Shown: piece after piece, positions 1-11,679 of the stretch
Position numbering within the stretch: position 1 is the first letter of the stretch
Layout of the letters: each line of letters opens with the position of its first letter
Origin: Camelus dromedarius
Lineage: Eukaryota
Length of the DNA stretch: 64,000 nt
NCBI RefSeq assembly: GCF_036321535.1
Contig: NC_087437.1
Span: 80,168,001-80,232,000 of the forward strand
Reading direction: 5' to 3'
Made by a program: the position numbers and the translations under genes
Notes under the pieces: model-generated
What the model saw: only the letters and a program-made list of their open reading frames with translations
Databases searched by the model: none
Told to the model about the DNA's origin: nothing

Positions 1-1689
1 ATAGACATTTTACTGATTGTAGATTGAAGGGGAGGGACAAAGGGAACAGCTCACACTGCCACAACACTGAGGTCCAACCTGACATTTCTTGAAATCTTAT
101 AGCCATTGTCCTCTTCCAGATCCTAACCACCTTATTCTCAGATAATATAAATTATTATTATTAACTCTATCATAAATGTATTAATCATAATAATAACCTC
201 ACCTGCCCAAAATCACTTAATACAAAAATAGAATAATCACAAAAAACATCATATTGATAAGGTCAAACTGAGTCCCATCTCAGTTGTATTCAGTTATACC
301 TCAAGTCAAGTGGACCCTAAGTCTGAATTGTGTGTCCCAGAATTGCCTTATGTGCTTATATGTCACCTACAAATTATTAACCTATGTTAAATAAAGACAT
401 AGGTTTAAGTATCTACTTCTGGTCTAATGTGCAGATTTTAATATGGTGTTTTATTCCAAATAGACAGTCTATTATTATTGACTATTTTTGGACATGAAAT
501 TCTGAGAAGAAAACAAATTCATTATTACCTTATTTAAAATGATGGTAACTGATAATGAAGCACAAAGAATCCACATCTTCCACTGAAAAGATTTTCTAGA
601 GTAGTTAGAAGAAGCAAGTGCTAGTTTGAAGGGTGCTATTTAACTTTCCAGTGCTATTACACAATCTTCACGGTAGATAACACTGGAAGAGATAACATTA
701 GTGTCAAGCCATGGAAGGAGGGAATATCTGTAACACCGAATGAAAAGATGTTTAAATCTAATTGTCTTTCTCTTTCACAGGGTCCATCACAACATAGAGG
801 CAAACAGAGCAGCATTTTTATTTATGAGGCTTTCATCTCCTGTCAGCAGGAAGAGTCTGGAAAGCTCTCAGATCGAGATGCTAATCTAATTCCAAAGAAG
901 CTGATGCATTTTATCAAAGTTCTATGAGAAGGATGGCTTATGAATGTGGCCAGATGGAGAGTGCATAACTTTGCAGGGAAGAAATTCACATGAGAATTAC
1001 AATGAGAGGAGGGGAGGAACCCCTGCAAAGCTCTAATTTCCAACAGCTCCTAGCATAAATTTAACCAAATTAAAAGCTTTTCACATGGGTGCAACTTAGA
1101 AAGCCATTACTACAAAGAAATGTATTAGAGGAAAAGCTATTTGAATGCGTTGAAGTATTCCCAGAGCATACCAACATGGGTGCAGATCATTTTTTCTATA
1201 TTCACAAAGACTGCACTTTCATTACTGTTTATCGCTATAGACTCAGAGGGGAAAAACAGTATTTGGGTTTTCCCTCTCTCGATTAACTTGGAGAGACTTT
1301 GTGATGATTGAAAGGCAGAACGTATACTTGGGATATGCAGCTCCAGTTGGGGACTTTTAATTCTAGTGGCAAAATGGCACTGAATGAGATAGCCCACTAG
1401 AGAATAGATTTGTCAAATCCCCATATCCCAGGCCAATGCCAAGGGCAGTGGATCCAAGAGTAAGAACACTGCCTTCTGGTTGCTAAAAGTTGGCCAGGAG
1501 GACACCCTCAGTGAGTCAACTAGACTTCTTACCAATAGAAGGAAAGGAAGATTTGTCAAAGCTAACAAACAAAGCAGCCTGCCCATGACTTTCTCTTTGT
1601 TCTTCTTTCCTTCTCTATGTATTTTCTCAAACTCACTCTTCTCACATATTTTCATCTCTAAAATTAGCCACCTGTATGCCTACCAGCAA

Positions 1690-1975
1690 ATTTTACCACA
1701 GAATCATTATCTTCACCAGGCCACACTGCCACTTCCAAATGTCTGCTATTCAGTTCCACTTAAAATAGGCATTTAGAGCCTCAAATTCAGCATGTTCTAA
1801 AACCAAACCCTGGCCATCTGAGCCCGTTCCTCCTTAATTTTCATTTTCTGTTAATAAATCACATTCTCCCAGGCACCCAGGCTGAAACATTCCAGCCATC
1901 TTTATCCTCTGTTTATTCCTCTCATCCTAACCCAGTCAATCACTTGTCACAAAACCTGTCACCTTTATGTTTCCC
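1690..1975 (+). mobile_element. LINE-2 fragment (degraded)
   Basis: Resembles L2 3' region: cctcaaattcagcatgttctaaaaccaaacc...cccaggcacccaggctgaaacattccagccatcttt; boundaries approximate. Confidence 0.6.
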
Positions 1976-3327
1976 ACCTAGAATAACACCCTAAAAATAA
2001 AGCTGAAGGCTGTTCCTTATGAGAAGCGGCAAACAAAGGAGTCTGTGGAACAATTGGAGAGGGAAACGCTCCACAGAAATTAGGAGATGAAAAAAGAAAG
2101 AGCAGGAGACAGATGGTAAGGAGGAAGGCATAGAGAACAAAAGTAAACTCAAAGAGGTTACTTCTAGTCCTTCTGGAGAAATTGGCAAGTTTTCAAGGTC
2201 CTTGAAGTCCAAGTTGGCCACAGCTGAGGCAAGCAGCCTCTAACAATACAGGCAATGGATCTCTTAAGGATGGCAGTAGGACCATCTTAGAGATCACAGT
2301 AGAGTATTGGGGACGATTAAAACCAAACCAAGGAAGGTGGAAAATTTCAGACACTCTCCTCCCGTTCAACCAAGAAAAGCAGGCAGGCTTGGAAGATCAA
2401 AACTATTAGAGCATGGGGGAGAGGGGTTTACCAGCTTCATTTGCCAATTGCTGAAGTAATGTGTTTCAAGTTAGTTAAATCACTTGTAATCATAATTTTA
2501 TGTTTAGCATATTGGTCTTGCATTTCACATATGCCCAACGGTCCACAAGATAGGGAACTTAACCACAGAGTAATATTCCTTGAAAGAAATACCACAGAAG
2601 ATGTGTGCAAAAATTTACTGACGTCTGTGGTGTACTTTCCTTAGACAGATGTCACTACCTCATCTAGACAGACTCACTGGCGTCCTAACTATTCTCCTGC
2701 CAGCTATTCTTTGTCCTCTTTCTTCCCCAGCCAATTGTCCTTTTTTCCTGGACCAAAGCTTTACCTTTTTCTTTAAAGCAACAAATTTTTAATATATTCA
2801 CATATTATTTTAATATATGTTAAATAAAAATAATAGACTTTGCCTATTATTCAAAACTTTTTATAATCTGGTTCCAACCTAAGCTTCTCTATATCACTGC
2901 ATTCGGAACATTTTATAAATTTGTGATTCAATAAAAATATTCAATAGTGAAAATAAATACTTTAGCAACATTAATCAAATCAACCATATCAAAATACTGA
3001 CCTATCCACCTCTTTCCCAACGCAGTATACATATTCTCACACTTGCTTGCCTTCATTAACCCCATTTCCTCGGCACAGAATTTGTCTTCCTCACCTCTGT
3101 TTCTTGAAATTGTTTTTACTTCAAAAACACAGATCATATAAATGCCCCCCTCCCTCTTGAAGTTCTTCTTGTCCCTCTTTTGATCTCAACTCTTAGAAGG
3201 CTTTGGTCATGTCTCTATAGAACTTCCCATATTTTGCCTCAAACTGTCTAAATTGAATTAGCAAAATATGAGAAGTGCCATACTTTGTGCCACAATTCCC
3301 ACAGATATAAAAACTTATATTCCTGTA

Positions 3328-3824
3328 GGTATAGTTTTCTACTGCTGCCATAACAAATTATTATTAATGTAGTGGCTCAAAATAACAAAAACTTATTATC
3401 CAATAGTTCTACAGACCAGAAACCTAACATGGGTCTCACTGGGCTAAAATCGAATAAGCAGGATGTCATTTCTTTCTAGAAGCTCTAGGGGAGAATCCAT
3501 TCCCTTGCCTTTTACAGCTCCTAGAGGCTACGCACATGCCTTGGCTTGTAAGTCCTTTCCTTCATCTTCAAAGCCAGAAATATTACATTTCTCTGTCCCT
3601 TCTCCATCATCTTTCTCTGACCAAATCCAGGAAAGGTTCTCCACTTTCAAAGACTCATGTGATTACACTAGCCCTCCCAGAAGATCCAGGTTAACTTCTC
3701 TGTCTCAAAGTCTTTAACCTGAATTACATCTGGAAAGTCCCTTTGCCAAGTAAGGTAACATGTCCACAGATTCCAGGGGATTAGGATGTGGACATCTTTG
3801 GGGGACCTTATTGTGCCCAACACA
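3328..3824 (-). mobile_element. MaLR solo LTR, MLT1C/D-like
   Basis: Reverse-complement MLT1 hallmarks (actgctgccataacaaatt, ggggagaatccattcccttgcc, ggattaggatgtggacatctttggggg); near-TSD CTGTA (3323-3327) / CTATA (3825-3829). Confidence 0.9.
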
Positions 3825-3954
3825 CTATAGAATATAAACTTCTCAAGGGTAAAACAATATTCTATTTCCTACTCCTTCTCCACAATGTCTAACAGTCTTT
3901 CTCCCAAGTAAGTATGTATCACTAATAAATGTGCCATTATGTATATTCACAGCC

Positions 3955-5850
3955 TCTACTACATTTATTTCTGCTCTGATCTTTGTTATTTCCTTCCTTC
4001 TACTAATTGTGGGCTTAGTTTGTTCTTCCGTTTATAGTTCCTTAAGGTGTAAGTTCCATAGGCTAGGTTGTTTGAGATCTTTCTTTTTTCTGAAGGTATC
4101 TGTTTATCACTGTAAAATTCCCTCTTACAACCATTTTGTTGCAGACCATAAGGTTTGTAAACCTGAAATCTCCACTTTCATTTGCCCGAAGATTTTTTTT
4201 TTTAATTTTCCCTTTTATTTCTTCTGTGATTCATTGGTTCTTCAGGAGCATGTTGTTTAATCTCCACATATTTGTTAATTTTCCAGTTTTCCTCTTGTAA
4301 TTGATTTCTAATTCCATAGCACTGGGGTTAGGAAAGATACTTGAGCTGACTTTAATCTTCTTAAATTTATTAAGATTTGTTCTATGGCCTAACATATGAC
4401 CTACCCTGGAGAATGTTCCGTGTGCACTTGACAAGAACGTGCACTTGACAAGAACGTGCACTCTGGCTGTTGGGTGGAATGTATATGTTTATTCGGACCA
4501 TATGACCTAATGTATAGTCTAAGCTCAATGTTGTCTTATCGATTTTCTGTCTGAATGAATTATCCACTGTTGAAAAGGTGGCACTGACGTCCCCTAGTAT
4601 TGTTGTGTTGCTGTCTATCCCTCCCTTAAGATCTTTAATATTTGCTTTATGTATTTAGTTGTGCCTATTTGGGCGCATAAATATTTACAGATGTTACATC
4701 CTCTTGATGAATTGACCCTTTTATCGTTATATAATGGCCATCTTTGTTTACTATTGCAGTCTTTGTTTTAAAGCCAATTTTGTCTGAAATAAATACAGCT
4801 ATTCCTGCTTGCTTTTGGTTTTCATCTGCATGGAATATCTCTTTCCATCTCTTCACTTACAAACTATGTGTTCTTAAAGCTGAAGTGAGTCTTTTGCAGA
4901 CAATATATAATTGGGTATTTTTTTTAAATCCATTCAGCCATTGTGTTTTTTGATTGGAGAATTTAATCCATTTTGATTTAAAGTAATTATTGATAGGTAT
5001 GGTACTAACTAGTGCCATTTTCTTAAGTGTTTTCTGGCTAGTTTGTAGTCCCCTTGCTCCTTTCTTCCTCTCTTCTTCTCTTCCTTTGTAATTTAATGCT
5101 TTTTTCAGATGTGGCGTGCTTTGACTCCTTCATCCTTTGTGTATCTACTATAGGTTTCCACTTTGTGGTTACCATGAGGCTTATATGAAGTATCTTATAG
5201 TTATAACAGTCTATTTTCAGCTGATAACAACTCATCTTTAAATGCATATAAAAGCTCTGTATTTTATACTCCCCTCTTCCGCATTTTGTGTTCTTGATAT
5301 CACAAGTTATATCCTTTTATATTGTGTATCCACTGGCATATTGGTATACTGGCAATAGACAACGGGCATTTTTGCCTGCTCTCTCTGCACTGAGCCCTGG
5401 CAGGGGGGTCACTGCAGTGGGTGTTTGCATGACTATTAACTGCTTCTCAGTTTACTGTTGTCCTATGGGACTCATGAACACAAGCCCCACTGGCTTTCAG
5501 AGCCAGGTGATTGGTGGGGGACCTATTCCCCAGGTGTGACAGCCTTAAAAGTTGGGACGCTATATTTGTGGTTCAAACCTTTCAGTCCTCAGGGAGAATC
5601 TGGGAATTGGGGGTTCCCTCTTCACTATATGGTGCTGTACTGGGGGTGGGGATTGTAGTGTGAGATTATGTCTCAGTCTCTCCTACCCATTTCAATGTAG
5701 CTGTTCTCTTAGTCTCCCAATGTGTAGGAGTCACTCAACTAGTTTCTGAATCCCTCTCTGAGAGAACTGTTTCATGTGCAACCACATATTCAGCATGTCA
5801 GTGAGAAGAGAGAAATTCAGAAGTTTCCTGTGTTGTCACGTTGGTTCAGA
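3955..5850 (-). mobile_element. LINE-1 remnant: 5'UTR-like end, inter-ORF spacer and ORF2 endonuclease region; ORF1 apparently absent
   Basis: Minus-strand ORFs 4665-4856 (WKEIFHADENQKQAGIAVFISDK...GHYITIKGSIHQED...NIYAP) and 4231-4461 (FLSSAHGTFSRVGHMLGH) are L1 ORF2 APE endonuclease motifs; frameshifted. Confidence 0.9.
4422..4462. repeat. 17-bp tandem duplication (gtgcacttgacaagaac x2 plus 7 nt) inside L1 ORF2
   Basis: Exact copies at 4422-4438 and 4439-4455. Confidence 0.95.
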
Positions 5851-8434
5851 GTCTACATGCATTTCAGGCAGCTATCAAATGTATCTGACTAAAAACTGGA
5901 ACTTGTAGCATTTTAGTAATAGATAAGCAGGAGCACTGTGACAAGTGTCCTTTATACCAGACAGTTTGCCAAAAACAGGTAGTATTTCCCTCTTTTTATT
6001 CTCTATTTCAGGATTGGCAACTCTGAGGTAGTCAATGAGAAACATGTCAAATTCCAAAAATATGACAGCAGAAGCCTCTTAATCAGTCTCCTCTCTGTTA
6101 ATCCTTCATCTCTTCTCTCTCATTCCATCTTTCTTAAACTGAGTTCTCATCAAGTGACTTTCCTGGTAAAGATGTCAATGACTTCCTCATTTCCTACTAA
6201 ATAATGCTGAAATTAAACTGAAATTTAAACTTGCCAGTCTGATCCCAAACTTTGCCTTTACATACTCCAACCCACCATTTTGTGACTTTATGGTTCCGTA
6301 ATAAACGTTTTGGGACTATGAACTTGAATGGACATTCGTGCTAGCCAGAAACCCCTGGTCTTCTCAATGAAACTGTTGGTGATGCCTTACTGGATTTATA
6401 TTTTGATAAATTTGTTAAATAATGAGTTACTGTGAATTCTTTAAAATCATTTGTAATGAGATTTCTTTAGACTAGGGGAAAAAAAGAAAAACAATAAACC
6501 ACTGATGTGGAATTTCCAATTAAAGGTAGAGGAGTAAATGGTTTTTTGTTTACCAGTCCTCCCCAAAGCACACTGAAAGCAGCAAAATGTGAGGAAACCA
6601 TCATCTCCAGTGAAACTTGGAACAGATAAATCCCAACCTTAAACTAGGAAGAATATTTGCCAAAAATAATAGGAGTGCTTCATAACTGGGGAAGCAAGCC
6701 TAACAAAAGGCAAAGAACAGCAGAGAGGGTAAGTGGTAATCATGAGGATTCTACTGCTGGCAGCAGTGAGCTGTGCAGTTAAATTCATGCTAGACTGTCC
6801 ATGAAGGACTTTCAACACTCCACCCTTTCCTGCAACCCCCACCGAGGACCTCCTGAATATCCCCAAAAGGAGAAGCACACAAATTAAAGGGAGACATTCC
6901 GCAGAGGGAAGATGGTCAAAGGATTCTGGTAAGAAAGTGTGTGAGACAGCAATCCAAGATGGGGTCATTCCTCTCACCCATCCCCACTCCACTGTCAGCC
7001 AAACAGGCAGTCCAGGCCCAGAAGACGTCACTCAGAGGAGTAGTAGAACCAGCACAATGTCTATACTGAGGTATTGCAGGGAAGTTAGAGAGGAATATGA
7101 GGAGCAAGAATTAGTTGAAAATTAAAATATCAGAAGAAGCATTTCAAAGAAACTTACAGAAGAAAATTTCAAAGAAAATAAATTCCAAGTAAAGTTAACT
7201 TGGACTCTGAGGGGGAAATAAAAGCTCAAAGGAGACAGGGAAACCAAAGGAGAGATAATAAGATAATTTGACAGATGACAAATGGAAACAAAAAATGAAA
7301 TAAAATCACTATGGAAATGAAAACCACATGAGAAGCAACTAAAATTAGAAGACAGTTTTGAAAATATAGTTGGAGAGATCAGGATTAAGAAGATAAAAAG
7401 ATGCATCTGATTAGAGAGAAGATGATAAATCAGGAAGAGACGCATGGGGATCATGGTACTTATATTAATATTGATTAAGAAGATATAATAGAGGAAAAAA
7501 ATTTCCCAGTTCTGTGCAATAATGCCTATAAATTATTATGGAAAACAAACTGGACCCCAAAATTGTGTATATATAGCTAAGATTTATTATAAGACAGATC
7601 TTACCAGAAAAGTAAGCATATAAAAACATAAAACACTTTTGAGGTTTTCTTAACTTTTTTAAACTGAGTAAAAACAAAAAATAATTAAAATAAAGATCTC
7701 AGGGAATTTGCTATACAATGAAGAAACTGGATATGTCTTAACGACTGAGGGATTAGAATTGTAGAACAGAATGCAATTATTCTTAAAGGAGGAAGATTAT
7801 TAAGTGTGGACGAGATAATGCAGTGTAAGTATGTCAATTTCTACAAATTTCAGAGTGGTAACTCAATACAAACTATCTAAAAGTCAAGAAATTGACATAA
7901 GTATATATGGAAGTTTAGAGGGTTAACCACCAAATACTTAAAAATAGATTATAAATTTTCCTAATTATAAAAAAAAATTTTTTAAATACACAAAACAAAA
8001 ACAGATCATTTAGTAAAAGAAAAAAATAGACTGAATTTTAATAATTGAAAAAATATAACTCAGAATGTTTTCTAAAAAGGGATAAACAAAGGTATACCAA
8101 GAAAATCCAAAAAAAAAGTAAAGCAATCATTGCAATATTGACACATAATGGGTGAATTCAAGGGAAAAATCATTACACAAGAAAAGGAAGAGATCCTTAA
8201 AATAAAAATACAATCCAAAGTGCTTGAAACTTTTTATTCTTAAGTAGCTTAGCATCAAAGCACATAAAAAAAAAAAACATGACAAGCAAAGGCAGAAATA
8301 AACAGAAAGAAGCATGGTAGGAGGAGTCTTTACCCCAACTTTCTGAATCTTTGACAAATCAAGGAGACAGAAATATAATAAGTAAAGATACATAGAATAT
8401 TTAAATACCATAATAAAGCAGACTTAAAAGGTAA

Positions 8435-9028
8435 CTGCCAGAGTGGCATTTTAAAAATATGAATAAGACTGTGTCACCTTCTGTTTCAAAGATCTCCAAA
8501 TTCATTACTGGGACTCCTGCCTGTCTCCCTGACCCACCTCCTGCCATGCCCCTCTTCACTCACTCCACGTGGGTCAGATGTGCCTTCATGTTGCTGTCCT
8601 CCAATACTCAGGTCTTATCACTGCCAGTTCTCCTTCTCTGCCAGGTGTGCTGTCCTCTCATGACCAAATGCTTCCTCACTCGCTTCAGGCTAGTCCCTGC
8701 TCAAATGTCACCACCCAGAAGGACTTTGCTGAGGACCCTCTAACAGTGCTCTCCTATCTCCTGAGCCTAGTCATTCCCATCTCCTTGTCAAATTTACTTT
8801 TTTTCAAAGCATTTGTCAGAAATGAAAATGTATCTACATGTATTTGCTTGATTACTTTCTGTCTCCTTTACTAGAATGAAGGCTCCACAAACACAGAGTT
8901 TTTTTTTTTATCTTATTCACTCTGCCATCCCTAATGCTTAGATTGGAATCTGGCATATATAAATACTTGTATTTAAAGTGAATAATTATGCACTTATATA
9001 TTACGTATTGAGTTAATAAATGAATGAT
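8435..9028 (+). mobile_element. LINE-2 3' end nested in the old L1
   Basis: ctgctcaaatgtcacc, ctagaatgaaggctccac, ttattcactctgccatccctaatgcttag and an aataaatgaatga tail. Confidence 0.85.
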
Positions 9029-11270
9029 CTACTGAATTTTATATCTCCCAAAAGAGAGAGTTCATCTTCTTTCCAAGCTCATGGAACGTGATCATGATCA
9101 ACAAAAACTGATCAAATACTAAGCCTAGAGGAAACCACAATAACTTACACAAACTGTTAAGTAGTACAGGAAGTATTCACAGGCCATCATACAATGAAGC
9201 TAACACTTATGTAATGAAACAAAAAGAAAACTCCAACCACTTGAAAACACTTTTTAAAAACTTAAATTTTAGATTGTAGCATATCTGAAAAGTAACATTT
9301 GTGAACACCCTATACAGTGGCATCTATTAAACCCAGCTATAGCAATGTTCCGATAAAACAATGATAGTCTAACATGGATTTCTAAACAAGGTAAAATAAA
9401 AATAAATAACTCAACCAAAAAGTTAGAAAAAGAACCAAAAAACTTGAAAATTAAAGGCAGAAAGTAATAAAAGTTAAATAGAAAAAGAATAGATTAGGCA
9501 AGGAAATATATTGAAGAGCTGATTCCTTTAAAAATCCAATTAAAACAATTTTAAATAGGTAAACTAATCAAGATTTAAAAAAACAAACATAAAATTTTAA
9601 ATATGGGACATAAACAAAGAAAAGATATTGAATTACAAGAAGATACATTATCCCCTACTGTGAAAAAAACACTTGAAATGTGGATGAAATTATTGTCCAG
9701 ATGGTACGAATTTTATCAAATCTTCAAAAAAAAAAACATAACTCTGAGGCTAAAGATTCCAGAGCATGAAAAAGAAGGCAAATTTTAAAACTTTTTACAA
9801 AGACCAACACAGCTACAAAAGCATAAAAATAGATGACTGATAGATACATAGATAGATAATAGGTAATAATTTCTACACAGACATGTAATCCTGCAGGCCA
9901 ATCTAATGATATATATATCATACTGCAGATCAACCTAGTTTTTAAATACAATAAAAAATGCAAAATACAGTAGAAGAAAATATCCCATTTACAATAGCAA
10001 AAGGGGTGGGGAAACTAAAAATAAACTTAATAAGAACTTTCTAAGATTAATATGAAGAAATTTTAAAATTGCAAAAATGTCAATTCTAGCTGAAATCAAT
10101 CTATGAAATCAATGTAATCCTATTGAATTTTTTTCAATGTCTCTTTTGATGATCAAGATCATCTATAAAAATGAACACATCTGTTTAACTAGAAAAATTC
10201 CATAAAAGAAGAGCAATGAGGGGAAACTAGCTCTACTGGATAGTTAACATGCTTTAAAGCAACTGTCATTGAAATTATATGGTATTAGCATAGAAAAATA
10301 TGTCCAAAGAAAGGGACAGAATGGAAAGTATGAAAACAAAGCTAAATATACATGGGAATTTCATTTTTAATAAACACAGAATTTTACTTCATTAGGGAAA
10401 TGATAAATTATTCAATAATTAAGCTATGATAATACAGTAGCCATTTGGGGAAAAAAAATTAAAATAATTTATTGCCTTAACAAATGATCGTCACTACAAA
10501 ATACAACCTAGATGCATCAAAGATTTAAATGTAAAAAGAATTAAAATGTAAAAGAACTAGAATGTGTGTGAATATGTTTATAAACTTAAGGTGAGGAAAA
10601 TCTTTCTAAATATCAAACAAACTCAGAAAGCCTAAAAGAATTTAATCAATGTTGGTATATAAAAATTTTTAACTCAATGTGCAAAAAAATTTTACATTAC
10701 AAAGTCAAAATGCAAAGAACAAACTAAAAGTATTTTCAAAACATATGAGAAAATGATGACTAATTTCCTGATATATAAAAAGTTCTGACAAATCAATAAA
10801 GAAATAGATAAGCAATCTATGAGAAAATTAATCTAAGGACATAAACTAGCCTTTCAGAGAAAAAGACCTTAAATGAGAAACAAACATAGAGAAAGATCCT
10901 CAACCTCACTCCTTATTAAAGATACAAATATAGCAACAGGATACCATTGTTTGCTATCTGATAGTGTGATAATACACAATTTCATTGTGGGAATTAGCAA
11001 GTGGTTCATTTCCTGAACTTCTGTTAGAGAGCACACGCTGATAGATCCTGTGTAAGGACAATTTGTAAATATTTGGTTAAATTTCATACAAACATTCTCC
11101 AGTTGGCCAGGAAATCCTACTTGTAGGAATTTTTCCTCCAGTTATACTTGCATGAGTATACAAATACATATACAAGCATTGTTTGTTTTAGCATGTACAC
11201 ACACGCACACTTATACACACACATGGCAGGAGGAACATTTAAATGTTTATTAATGGAGAACTGGCTGAAA

Positions 11271-11679
11271 TGTTACGGAAATGACAGGCCAGCCAAGAAA
11301 CAAGCACCACTCGGAGGGTTGGAGTACTCAGATTTATTATGCCGGCAGGCTCAGAGGGGCTTCTGCTCCGAAGCTCTGAGCACCTCCAAGACGTGCACAT
11401 GAGGTTTCATAGGGTTAATTACAAGTATGGGCTATTAGCCAATAAGGCTCAAACAACAAAAAGCAAGGAATCAGTACACTGAAGCTTATCAATTCGGAAC
11501 AGATCACGTTACTGACACTTGTTGAGCTTGGATTTACGAGTTAGCTTGTTAGCCCAGTAAACTGACACTAAACTTCAGATTTATGAGTTAGCCCAGCAGA
11601 ACTTAGATCAGTAAACTAACACTTATCACTCTTAGATTTGTGACTTAGCTCATTAGCCCAGCTGGGCTTTTCCTTCACA
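11271..11679 (-). mobile_element. Relatively young ERV solo LTR (409 bp), probably lineage-specific
   Basis: TG...CA termini; minus-strand AATAAA at 11333-11338 and TATA-like TATGAAA at 11405-11411; U3 direct repeats; CpGs retained; interrupts the L1ME 3' region. Confidence 0.85.

Noticed and set aside
11510..11662. Spaced repeats as a CRISPR-like array
   Set aside because: Only three degenerate units of uneven spacing inside an LTR U3, in mammalian DNA with no cas genes
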